From positions 4,416,001-4,480,000 of the forward strand of contig OY761556.1 in NCBI GenBank assembly GCA_963664705.1: DNA of 64,000 bases, in the 5' to 3' direction. The notes beneath the pieces are model-generated. The model saw only the letters and a list, made by a program, of their open reading frames with translations. It was not told where the DNA came from and ran no database searches. Positions 39,215-48,790 of the stretch are shown here, one piece after another (the first letter of the stretch is position 1; each line of letters begins with the position of its first letter). The stretch is from Acidobacteriota bacterium. Lineage in GTDB: Bacteria; Acidobacteriota; UBA6911. The position numbers and the translations under genes were made by a program.

Positions 39215-41488
39215 CTAAATGGGAAGATCGATGATGATTCTGGTACCCAAAGGCACATTGGCTTCCGCGCGCACGTGCCCGTGATGGTCCGAAACGATCT
39301 GCCTGACAATAGCCAACCCCAATCCCGTCCCCCCCTTCCGTGTTGAGAAGTACGGGAGGAACAGGCTGTCCTGGTATTCCTCGGGAAAACCTCGGCCAGT
39401 ATCGCCGATCTCTATTCGTACCGAATCCTGTTCGGAATTGCGGCGCGTGCGCAGGTACAAAACCCTGTTGCCCGAATTCTGCGCCATCGCTTCCAGCGCA
39501 TTATCGAAAAGATTGATAAACACACGCTTCATCTGCTCCGTATCCAGCTTTAGTTTTGGAAGGGTTGAATCAAATTCCTTTTGAATACGGATTCCCTGCA
39601 TCCGGCCATCATAGAGGCTCAGAGTCCCTTCCAGAATTCGATTCAGGTCTGCCTCCTCAAGCCGCACTTCCGGAAGGCGGGCGAATCGGGAGAACTCGTC
39701 AACCAGGTTTTTTAACGAGCCGGCCTCATTGATGATGACCTGCACACACTCTGACAGCAGCTTATCGAATTTTTGAAATTCCTCTTCCCACTGTCCGGAA
39801 GATCCGAACCGAGGACCATCATTGAGCTGTCGGTATCTTCGCAGTATGCGCTCTGCGGAAAGCTGGATCGGCGTTAAAGGATTTTTGATTTCGTGAGCCA
39901 TCCGCCTCGCCACTTCCTGCCACGCGGACATTTTTTCCATCCTGAGCAGTTCCGTCATGTCATCCAGAACAACGACCCAGCCTCTCCTTAGACCGGCGTT
40001 ATCCACCAGCGGCGTCACGGTTGCCGCAATTTGAAGGACCTTTCCGGAAAACGTCAGCTCGATATTCCGCACCACTGTTCCGAGAACGGCGGATTTCTGC
40101 AGGAGAGAACGAAGTGTTTCGAATGCCTGCGGCTGAAGGACTGCATCGAGCGTCGACTCGGTCACCGAGTCCCCGGTCTGCAGCATCTGCATCGCGGCAC
40201 GGTTCATGGTCCTGACATGAAAGCTGCTGTCGAGCGAAATGACTCCCGTGGTAATCGTCTGGAGAATGGTTTCGATATAGCGGCGTCGATCGGCATTCTC
40301 GGCATTGGTCTGACGCAGGCTTTGCTGGGCGGCCTCTATGCGCTTCTCGTTTTCCTCGAGATCAATGGTCATCCGGTTGAAGGAGGAAACCAGGCTTCCC
40401 AATTCATCAAATGCCTGGCATTCCACCCTGTAGGCAAGGTTGCCCGCGGCCAGGGCGGCTGCACCCTGGGCCAGCGCCTGAATTGGGACGGTAATGCGTT
40501 TGGCCAGATACAGCGCAAACCATGAGAAGGCGAATATGATCAGAAGGGTGGCAAGAACCAGCATGAGCAGTGCATTGAATCGGAGTGCAACCTTCTCCTG
40601 CTGCAGTTGCTTGTATTTGTCGATGGCTTCCTGAACCGAATCAACGCGGAACTGGATGCTTCGCTGCCGGACCGTTTCGGTAAGAACCCCCCCGGCAACC
40701 TTCCCCTGCGCATCCCAGATCGGAGCCGCGGCGAACATGATCTCGGGCATGGGGTCTCCGGGGGTCATTCGCTGGACTCGGAAATCCTGCTTCCCCAGGA
40801 TAGCCTGGCGCACCAGGCCGTCCATCAGATCATGATGCCAGGGTTTGGAACGGGCGGAGCCGGATTCCGCAATCGGCCTGGATTGACGATCGTAGACTTG
40901 AATGGCCCCAAGTGCATATTCGCGGCAGAGCTTTCTCAACTTTTGCTGCATTTCCACGCGGGATTCTGAAGAGAAATCCTGCGGCAACAGGGATCCGGCA
41001 ATATTCGCTGCAAAATACTTCGCCTGCTCTCCCATTTCCGCATAATATTCATCCGCAAGGAGCCGGCTGTTTTCCATCATCTGGGCCGGCGGCTTCAGAA
41101 ACCACTTTTCGATGGATGAGCTGATCAGAGTATAGGCCAGCAGAAACAGCAAAAGCGCCGGCAGCAGCGAAAGCACGATAAACGTGCGCACCATCTTGGT
41201 TTTAAATCCGCTCCCCAGTGCCCCGCTCTTCTTTTCAAAATATAGCTTGATCAGATTTCGCCCAAGAACGGTCGCCAGGATCAGGAGCGCCAGGACAACA
41301 ATAATTGTTATTGTCCACAGCAGGAAGGTCATCCGCACAAATCGCGGACTCCCCACGGAAGTGATATTCAGAAAAATTTGCGTAGCGGCCAGCGAGACCA
41401 AAAGAAATGCAATAGTCGCGACGATATACCGGCGCGCCCGCGATCCGTCCCGCCTGGGCGGGTTTGTGAAGCTGGAAAGTTCGCTCAT
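39215..41488 (-). CDS. ntrY: sensor histidine kinase, NtrY-like (TM, HAMP, PAS, HisKA, HATPase)
   Basis: AWQEVARRMAHEIKNPLTPIQLSAER, FSRFARLP, GTGLGLAIV. Confidence 0.85.
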   Translation of the reverse strand: MSELSSFTNPPRRDGSRARRYIVATIAFLLVSLAATQIFLNITSVGSPRFVRMTFLLWTITIIVVLALLILATVLGRNLIKLYFEKKSGALGSGFKTKMVRTFIVLSLLPALLLFLLAYTLISSSIEKWFLKPPAQMMENSRLLADEYYAEMGEQAKYFAANIAGSLLPQDFSSESRVEMQQKLRKLCREYALGAIQVYDRQSRPIAESGSARSKPWHHDLMDGLVRQAILGKQDFRVQRMTPGDPMPEIMFAAAPIWDAQGKVAGGVLTETVRQRSIQFRVDSVQEAIDKYKQLQQEKVALRFNALLMLVLATLLIIFAFSWFALYLAKRITVPIQALAQGAAALAAGNLAYRVECQAFDELGSLVSSFNRMTIDLEENEKRIEAAQQSLRQTNAENADRRRYIETILQTITTGVISLDSSFHVRTMNRAAMQMLQTGDSVTESTLDAVLQPQAFETLRSLLQKSAVLGTVVRNIELTFSGKVLQIAATVTPLVDNAGLRRGWVVVLDDMTELLRMEKMSAWQEVARRMAHEIKNPLTPIQLSAERILRRYRQLNDGPRFGSSGQWEEEFQKFDKLLSECVQVIINEAGSLKNLVDEFSRFARLPEVRLEEADLNRILEGTLSLYDGRMQGIRIQKEFDSTLPKLKLDTEQMKRVFINLFDNALEAMAQNSGNRVLYLRTRRNSEQDSVRIEIGDTGRGFPEEYQDSLFLPYFSTRKGGTGLGLAIVRQIVSDHHGHVRAEANVPLGTRIIIDLPI

Positions 41489-41630
41489 GATGAAAGTCCA
41501 GGAGGCCCATTATAAAGAGAAAAGGCAAAGACTCAAAGGCTCGAAGTCCAGAGAAGCATCCGGAAATGCCACTCCGCTGTTGACGGGGCGACCCCGAAAG
41601 ACTAGATTCAGAGATTCGCGGAGGACTCAG

Positions 41631-42596
41631 TTGAAAATACTAATCACCGGCGGTGCCGGCTTCATTGGTTCCTATCTTGCCGAAGCCTACTTGCTCCAGG
41701 GAGACGAAGTCTACGTCATCGATGACCTCTCCACTGGAAGCCTGGCTAACATCAAGCCATTGACCCACAATCCTCTATTCCATTTTGTAAATGACACGAT
41801 CCTGAATCGTGAAATCATGCTGGAACTGACGGGGATATGTGATGTGGTCGCGCACCTTGCGGCAGCCGTGGGCGTCCGCCTCATTATTGACGAACCGCTA
41901 AAATCGATCCACACCAACATCGTCGGCACGGAGATCGTGCTCGAGCTGGCGAACAAATTCAGGAAGAAGACATTTCTGGCGTCCACGTCCGAGGTCTACG
42001 GAAGAAACTCCCAGGTACCCCTGGCGGAAACAGATGCCCGCATCTATGGATCGACCCACATTGCCCGCTGGAGCTACGCGGCTTCGAAGGCAATGGATGA
42101 ATTCCTGGCTCTTGCGTATTATCGGACCAAGCAGCTTCCGATCATCATCGCCCGGTTTTTCAACACGGTAGGCCCGCGGCAGACCGGTCAGTATGGGATG
42201 GTGATTCCACGCTTCGTGGGACAAGCGCTGCGAAATGAACCGATTACGGTCTATGGCGACGGCACGCAAACGCGCAACTTCACCTATGTCGATGATGTTG
42301 TCCGAGGCATCATCCGGCTGATTGACGAGCCGGGAGCGGTCGGAGAGATTTTCAACATGGGCGGGAATGGCGAAATTTCGATGAACGACCTCGCCGAGCG
42401 TGTCAAGTCGATCACCGGGAGCTCCTCCCCAATTCGTCATGTCCCGTACGACCAGGCATATCAGGAAGGCTTCGAGGACATGGAGCGCCGCGTCCCCGAC
42501 ATTTCAAAGATAGAAAAACTCATCGGCTATAAAAACACCCACACCCTGGATCAGATTCTAGCCAAAGTCGTGGAATACGAAAGGACTAGGGTTTAG
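41631..42596 (+). CDS. NAD-dependent nucleotide-sugar epimerase/dehydratase
   Basis: TTG start behind GGAGG; ITGGAGFIGS, ASTSEVYG, YAASK, RFFNTVGPRQ. Confidence 0.92.
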   Translation: MKILITGGAGFIGSYLAEAYLLQGDEVYVIDDLSTGSLANIKPLTHNPLFHFVNDTILNREIMLELTGICDVVAHLAAAVGVRLIIDEPLKSIHTNIVGTEIVLELANKFRKKTFLASTSEVYGRNSQVPLAETDARIYGSTHIARWSYAASKAMDEFLALAYYRTKQLPIIIARFFNTVGPRQTGQYGMVIPRFVGQALRNEPITVYGDGTQTRNFTYVDDVVRGIIRLIDEPGAVGEIFNMGGNGEISMNDLAERVKSITGSSSPIRHVPYDQAYQEGFEDMERRVPDISKIEKLIGYKNTHTLDQILAKVVEYERTRV

Positions 42597-42782
42597 GAAG
42601 GCTGCAAAAAAGGCCACAAATTTACCAATGGGCTCCCATGGAGTTCGATGGGGCTGCATGGCCCTCCCGTAAGTATTCTCGTCATATTTACCCAAAGGAC
42701 TTGCGAAACCTCTAGTTGCGACATACAATCATGCGGCTGGACAAGGGATCTCAACCAATCCCGCTTCCGGTGCTTTCAATCT

Positions 42783-42869
42783 GGAGAGGTGTCCGAGTGG
42801 TTGAAGGAGCACGCTTGGAAAGCGTGTGTAGGGGTAACCTTACCGAGGGTTCGAATCCCTCCCTCTCCG
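42783..42869 (+). tRNA. tRNA-Ser(GGA)
   Basis: GGAGAGG/CCTCTCC acceptor, CACGC-TTGGAAA-GCGTG anticodon arm, long variable arm, GAGGG-TTCGAAT-CCCTC; CCA not encoded. Confidence 0.96.
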
Positions 42870-43107
42870 CTCTTACCATCGCGGTCCAGAAAACCTCACA
42901 TTCCCCCGCCTCAGATCAGCAAAAAAATTGTCGCCAGGCCGATATTTAGGATTCTTTTTAGTCAGTCCGGGGCGCAACCCGCTATTCCCGATTCCCAAGG
43001 CCTCAATTTTGCCAACTGGCCCACAACGCAAACAGCTCCGAAGCCCCGTTCTAAAGAGAAAAATTGCATCGAGGCGGGAAAGAAGAAGTTGGCGGAAGGA
43101 TGTAGCT

Positions 43108-43923
43108 CTATTCGCGGATCGGCTTCACGCCACAAGCCTTGAAGAACGTATAACAAAACACTCCATCAGATTCTGCCGTTCTATAAAGATCCTTTATCCC
43201 ATCATCAAAGTGCGGAGGATCGATAATGCCGGCCGTAATCGCAGACTCGCGCACTCCTTCAATCATTGCAGTAAAGGTTTTCCGTGTGAAACCATCAACA
43301 AGCTTGGGTTTGCTGGAATCGACATAAACCATTCGTGGAGAGACAGTAATCCTTTGATAACCGGCTCCATGCAACAGGGGGTAGAGCTCTCTCCCAATTA
43401 GAGCATTGCCGCCGGCACGTTTCTGCAGTTCTACCTGGCATTGTATTGCAGCTTGTGCCGCTTCACTTTTGGGATAGTAGAAGGCGGAACCATGATCCCC
43501 TTCAATTGAAACGATCGTGCCTCCCGGTTTTAGAACGCTCTTCAGAGCCCTTAATGCAACAAGCGGCTGCGACAAGTGTTCCAGCACAAAACAGATGAAC
43601 ACATGATCAAAAGACTCGGGCGGAAATTCCAGGTTGAAGAGATCCGCGTGTTGAAAATGCACATTCTTTATATCCGTTCCCATGATCCTGTGTTTTGCAG
43701 CAGCCAAGGATGTTTCCGAAATATCAATCGACGTAAAGATCGCCTCAGGACTATTTCTTGCAAGGGTGACGGTTTGTGCTCCCACGCCGCAACCAGCCTC
43801 AAGCACCAAGCTTCCGGCAGGATAGGCAGTGTCGGCGTGCAGGAGTTCAACTAATGTGGAGGCCTGATCTTGCAGGCGGATGCCTTCCCTGAAATCATAT
43901 CCATGGACATAAGAATCATTCAT
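43108..43923 (-). CDS. class I SAM-dependent methyltransferase
   Basis: VLEAGCGVG, SFDHVFICFVLEHL, LKPGG. Confidence 0.9.
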   Translation of the reverse strand: MNDSYVHGYDFREGIRLQDQASTLVELLHADTAYPAGSLVLEAGCGVGAQTVTLARNSPEAIFTSIDISETSLAAAKHRIMGTDIKNVHFQHADLFNLEFPPESFDHVFICFVLEHLSQPLVALRALKSVLKPGGTIVSIEGDHGSAFYYPKSEAAQAAIQCQVELQKRAGGNALIGRELYPLLHGAGYQRITVSPRMVYVDSSKPKLVDGFTRKTFTAMIEGVRESAITAGIIDPPHFDDGIKDLYRTAESDGVFCYTFFKACGVKPIRE

Positions 43924-44285
43924 CGGATTTCCCACCAAAAGCGGCTTTACCAAATTCAATTATCTCATCATTACCATCCATTTTCGCTTTCCAAATCAAC
44001 CCTTCTCAGGAATCAAGAGAGACACGAGGTCTCGACTTCCGCAAGGATCTTGTATTGCGGCCGATGGATTCAACCCCGTTGTCTTGCATCACTAAACCTC
44101 CTAGGATAACTAATAGAACGATAACGCGACCAACCGGTCTCGAAAAAAAGTTGTGTCAATGATCTCCCAAAAGTGGGCAGTGGATATTTGGGCGTTCTAA
44201 ATTGGATGGGAGAAGGCTACACTAGCAGTCAAATGCCGTGGATCTTCCAAACCTCGGCATTGCGACAAAAAACCGGAGAACGATC

Positions 44286-45119
44286 ATGAATAGCCGTAAA
44301 AGTGTTCCTGTCATGTTCCTGCTTTTGCTTTTGTCTGTATCGTCGCTTTATGCCGCGACGGTGGATGGCATATCAATCCATTCGACCAGCACGGGCAAAG
44401 GGCCTAAAACAATAATTCTGGTACATGGCTGGACCTGTGATGAGACCACGTGGCAATTTCAGGTTCCTGCGCTATCAAAAAATTATAGAGTCATTACGCT
44501 CGACCTGCCGGGGCATGGAAAGAGCGGATCGCCAAAAGACGGCAAGTTCTCCGTCAATCTGTTTGCCCGCGCAATCGAAGCCGTACGCATCGAAGCAAAG
44601 GTCGACAAGGTCGCGCTGGCAGGGCACAGCATGGGGACTCCCGTAATCATTAATTATGCGCAGATATTCCCGCAGCATGTTGCCGCGCTGGTTTTTATTG
44701 ACGGCATGGTGGCGGTTCCAACCAATGCCGCTCAATTTGGCTCTTTTGCAGATCAGTTCGCGGGTCCGAACGGATTAAAGGCTCGCGAGAATATGATTCG
44801 AGGAATGTTTTCGCCGGCAACAACGCCCGAGATTCAGAAGAAGATCCTTTCCATGATGTTGAGCGCTCCGGAAGCCACGGCAGTGGGAGCAATTAAGGCG
44901 ATGGTGGATCCGGCCCAATGGAAAGAGGGTGTTTTCCCGCAGCCGATCCTGGGCATTTATACCGAGCACTCCACAACCGTCAATCGAGAATATGCAAAAG
45001 TTCATTATCCCAAAATGGAATATCACGAGATCTCCGGCGCCGGCCATTTTCTAATGCTGGATAAGCCGGAGGAATTCAACCGCCTGCTCCTGGAATTTCT
45101 CGATAAACAAAAATTGTAA
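44286..45119 (+). CDS. secreted alpha/beta hydrolase
   Basis: Signal peptide ending LYA, LVHGW, DLPGHG, GHSMG nucleophile elbow, GHFLMLD. Confidence 0.9.
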   Translation: MNSRKSVPVMFLLLLLSVSSLYAATVDGISIHSTSTGKGPKTIILVHGWTCDETTWQFQVPALSKNYRVITLDLPGHGKSGSPKDGKFSVNLFARAIEAVRIEAKVDKVALAGHSMGTPVIINYAQIFPQHVAALVFIDGMVAVPTNAAQFGSFADQFAGPNGLKARENMIRGMFSPATTPEIQKKILSMMLSAPEATAVGAIKAMVDPAQWKEGVFPQPILGIYTEHSTTVNREYAKVHYPKMEYHEISGAGHFLMLDKPEEFNRLLLEFLDKQKL

Positions 45120-45297
45120 GCCAGCTATTGGGTCGGTCATCGGAAACAGGGGATTGCCGTTACCCACAGTTTTAAGTAGATGATAGTTCTGCGGCGGTTT
45201 ATAGTTTTCATTATCTACTGACGCTTGCCGGTTTTTTCGGGACGATAGAACAGCCTGAGAGCAACAGGGTGACTGAAAAAGGCCCAAGGGGAAAGCT

Positions 45298-45948
45298 ATG
45301 GTTAATGCAAACGAGGAATGCACTACCCGAAGGAAGTTCTGTAAGAAATTGGCCGGGGTTGCCTTAACTGGAACGTTCGTTGGTTTGGGAACCACCGCTA
45401 TCGCGAATCCACAATCAAAAGTCGAAGCTGCGGGAAAGGGAGAGCAGCTGGCAGGCGCATGCGGAATATATTGCGGAGCCTGCCCGGCTTACATCGCTAA
45501 ACACAGTGATAGCAAGCCCAAGGATATGAAACAGCCAAAGAGACTCTCATCCGGACCGACGCAAGCGCTGAAGGGAATTCCAGATCCGAGTTGGATGGAT
45601 GGCCTTCTTTGCGACGGCTGTCTCAGCGGCGGCACGCTTGCAGCTCATTGCCAAAGCTGCGCCATACGGACATGCGCGGCGAGCAAACAGAGTGATGCCC
45701 GTTGTACTGATTGTGCCGAGTTACCCTGCTATCGTATTACGGGCCTGATCAATATGGGGAGCTATCTGCACCGTAAGGAATACCTGCCAAACCTCAAAAA
45801 AATTCGCGAAATGGGAATTCAGAAATGGGTTAAATACGAACAAGAACTCTGGACATGCCCTAAGTGCAGTAGTCCCATATCGTGGTATGACGCGGCATGC
45901 TCCAATTGTGGAGCAGCAAGGTCTGAGCGATTGTTCTCTTTGGGATAG
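45298..45948 (+). CDS. Cys-rich DUF3795-like protein with twin-arginine signal
   Basis: TRRKFCK plus hydrophobic stretch and AIA; ACGIYCGACP, CDGC, CQSCAIRTC, CTDC...PC, CPKC...CSNC. Confidence 0.75.
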   Translation: MVNANEECTTRRKFCKKLAGVALTGTFVGLGTTAIANPQSKVEAAGKGEQLAGACGIYCGACPAYIAKHSDSKPKDMKQPKRLSSGPTQALKGIPDPSWMDGLLCDGCLSGGTLAAHCQSCAIRTCAASKQSDARCTDCAELPCYRITGLINMGSYLHRKEYLPNLKKIREMGIQKWVKYEQELWTCPKCSSPISWYDAACSNCGAARSERLFSLG

Positions 45949-46146
45949 GATCGATGAATCACCGGTTCATTGCAGCCCAGCCGTGAAGCAGCGTCAGAAA
46001 GTCAGACCTACCTAAATTGGCTCCGATTGATAAGGGCCGAAGGCGCGCCAGAAAACAGCCAGGGGATCGCAGAGCCTCTTTACATTACGACCTCTTTCTT
46101 AACCAATCGGGAATACCCCAACGGTTCATCCTGCCTCCTTCGGTCG

Positions 46147-48558
46147 CTATTTTGCTGCAAGAACTTCCGCCACGGTGCGGGCGAGGGTTTTGACCGAAAA
46201 CGGCTTCTGAATAAAGCCATGGCCAGCACTGAGAATATCGTCCTGATTTATGATATCGGCCGTATACCCGGACATAAAAAGGCACTTGATCTCCGGATAA
46301 ATGGCCTGGATAACCGCAGAGAGGTTCCGCCCATTCATTTCCGGCATGATCAAATCCGTCAGCAGAAGATGGATCGACCTGGAATGCTCTTTCGCAATCT
46401 GGATAGCCTCCGTCGGACCGGATGCCGCGAGGACTGTGTATCCGCGGTTTTTCAAAACCTTTTCGATCATCGTCAGGATGGATTGTTCATCTTCCACAAG
46501 TAGAATGGTCTGAGAACCATGCTGTGGCTCATTATCTTCCGCTGGTTCAACATGCGCCTCCACCTCCCGATGATGCGGTAGATGTACTCTGACGACAGTC
46601 CCCTGTCCAACTTCACTATTTACTTCGATAAAGCCTTTGTTCTGTTGGACAGCTCCATAGACCATGGAAAGGCCAAGTCCGGTCCCCACCCCGACTGCCT
46701 TTGTTGTGAAAAAGGGCTCAAAGATGTGGTCTAGAACTTCTTTATCCATACCATGGCCGTTATCCTCAACCGCAAACCAGACATATTCGCCCGGAACAAC
46801 CTCTTCGCCAAAACTGCTGCGGGCTTCACCGATCGTCGTATTGCCGGTCGTAATCGTTATCTGCCCCAGGCCGCCAATTGCATCGCGTGCATTGACGCAT
46901 AGATTGACAATGATCTGATCTACCTGCGAAGGATCTACCTTAACCGGCCAGAGATTGTGCACCGGCTTCCACTGAATGGAAATATTCTCGCCAATCATTC
47001 GCTCCAGCATCCTGATCATCCCGGCAATTGTCGCGTTCAGATCCAGCACTCTCGGCGCGACAGTCTGCCTGCGGGCGAAAGCAAGCAGTTGCTGCGTCAG
47101 GTCACTCGACCTTTTTGCAGCTTTCTGAATCTCGCTGAGATCCTCGAAAACCGGCTGATCCGGGGGAACCGTCTGAAGGGCCATTTCTGCCCGTCCAAGA
47201 ATCACTCCGAGCATGTTGTTGAAATCGTGAGCAATTCCTCCGGCAAGCCTGCCGGTTGATTCCATTTTCTGAGACTGGGTCAACTGCTCCTGTATCTTCG
47301 CTTTCTCCTGATCTGCCCGGATCCGCTCCGTTACTTCCGTCAAGGTCAGCACCAGGCTGCCCACGGTTCCATCCGACTCTTTGACTGGAATCAGCCCCCA
47401 ATCCCAAAATTTGGTGCCTCGCTCGGGGTGCTCCGGGTATTCAAATGGCCGGGCCAACGCAAAATAGGGCTCGCCGGTATCCACCACACGCTGAAAGATG
47501 GCCTGGTTTTCCGGATGCGGGTACAGTTTGAAGTGGTTCTTTCCTGCGAAAAAACCCGGCTCGTGATCATCGGTTTCCGCGTAGGCGCGGTTGACCCAAA
47601 TGAAATTGAATTGAGTATCGAGGTAAGCCGCAAGAACGTAGGTGTGGTCGAGGACCGCCGAGAGAATCACATTAACTTCGGCCAGCCGCTTTTCGCTCTG
47701 CCGCAAAGCCCTCTCGGCTCGCTTCCGCTCAGTGATATCCTCCACCACCGCCAAATGAAAATCTGCCGTCTCTCCTGTGCTCCACATAGGCACCACAGTC
47801 AGGTTCACCCAGACAATGGAGCCATTCTGGTGGATATAACGCTTCTCGATCGTAAACTTGGGGACATGCCCCTCGACCAGCAGCCGCATGTTATCAAGAT
47901 CTTTTTTGAGGTCTTCCGGATGCGTGATGGATTTAAAGCTGCGCATCCTCATCTCTTGTTGCGTATAGCCCACAATCGAGCAGTATTTCTGATTGATGGC
48001 CACAAGCTGGCCATCGCCGGTCCTGGTCAGGGCAATGCCAACCGCATCCTGCTCAAACAGCTTTCTGAAGTACTTGTTTGAATTCTGCAGTGCATCCTCG
48101 GCGCGTCTCCGTGCAAGGACGTGCTCCGTAACATCGGTGCCGCTGCCCAGGACTCGCGTGCAGGCACCGTCCGGATCGATGAGCGGCAGATAGGTAAGAT
48201 CGATATATCGCTCTTCCGGCGGGGCTCCCTCCGACCGGATCAACATGATCGGCATCTCATGTCCGACGAATGGCTCGCGCATTGCCATTACATGGGTGAT
48301 TTTATCCCGATAACCGCTTTGAATTGCTTCCGGGATGACCTCGAACGCGGGCTTGCCTATCAGATTGTGGCGACCCACAAGCCGGCAATACGCTTCGTTC
48401 ACAAATTCGAAGACAAGGTCAGGGCCTCGCAATATGTGCATGAACGAAGGAGATGAACGGAAGGCTTCTTCAAATAATTTCAAGCGCTCGAGCTGAAGGG
48501 AATGATTATGGACAGACATTGCCGATGCCGGATCTGGGCCATCGCGCAGGATAGTCAT
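46147..48558 (-). CDS. cytoplasmic multi-PAS hybrid histidine kinase / receiver
   Basis: Three PAS-like repeats, LAGGIAHDFNNML, PFFTTK...GTGLGL, C-terminal receiver LLTDLIMP; start uncertain. Confidence 0.9.
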   Translation of the reverse strand: MTILRDGPDPASAMSVHNHSLQLERLKLFEEAFRSSPSFMHILRGPDLVFEFVNEAYCRLVGRHNLIGKPAFEVIPEAIQSGYRDKITHVMAMREPFVGHEMPIMLIRSEGAPPEERYIDLTYLPLIDPDGACTRVLGSGTDVTEHVLARRRAEDALQNSNKYFRKLFEQDAVGIALTRTGDGQLVAINQKYCSIVGYTQQEMRMRSFKSITHPEDLKKDLDNMRLLVEGHVPKFTIEKRYIHQNGSIVWVNLTVVPMWSTGETADFHLAVVEDITERKRAERALRQSEKRLAEVNVILSAVLDHTYVLAAYLDTQFNFIWVNRAYAETDDHEPGFFAGKNHFKLYPHPENQAIFQRVVDTGEPYFALARPFEYPEHPERGTKFWDWGLIPVKESDGTVGSLVLTLTEVTERIRADQEKAKIQEQLTQSQKMESTGRLAGGIAHDFNNMLGVILGRAEMALQTVPPDQPVFEDLSEIQKAAKRSSDLTQQLLAFARRQTVAPRVLDLNATIAGMIRMLERMIGENISIQWKPVHNLWPVKVDPSQVDQIIVNLCVNARDAIGGLGQITITTGNTTIGEARSSFGEEVVPGEYVWFAVEDNGHGMDKEVLDHIFEPFFTTKAVGVGTGLGLSMVYGAVQQNKGFIEVNSEVGQGTVVRVHLPHHREVEAHVEPAEDNEPQHGSQTILLVEDEQSILTMIEKVLKNRGYTVLAASGPTEAIQIAKEHSRSIHLLLTDLIMPEMNGRNLSAVIQAIYPEIKCLFMSGYTADIINQDDILSAGHGFIQKPFSVKTLARTVAEVLAAK

Positions 48559-48790
48559 TATGTGCCCCCCCATGATAGGTTGCGGCGACCTGATACGGTC
48601 TGGCTTCTAAAAAGCTACTATAAGCCAGAACCGCGGCCGTTTCACCATAACTCTTCATGGAGTTTTGAAATGCATCGCCCATCGCTGCACTCAATCGAAA
48701 ACAACCCGCCATTTAACATCCAATGCCCCGTGGTATCATGAGATTTTGGTCGATTTTGGTTCTGGATAGGTTAATTCGATAGGAGTTTAC

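Noticed and set aside
41184-41630. 149-aa N-terminal extension of the epimerase ORF
   Set aside because: It overlaps ntrY on the other strand. The Rossmann motif starts right after TTG 41631, which has a GGAGG RBS.
46028-46075. REP-like fragment AGGGCCGAAGGCGCGCCAGAAAACAGCCAGGG
   Set aside because: Single copy, no complementary partner arm and no transposase in the window.
42870-48600. Genomic island at tRNA-Ser
   Set aside because: The genes look accessory, but I found no integrase and no repeat of the tRNA 3' end.
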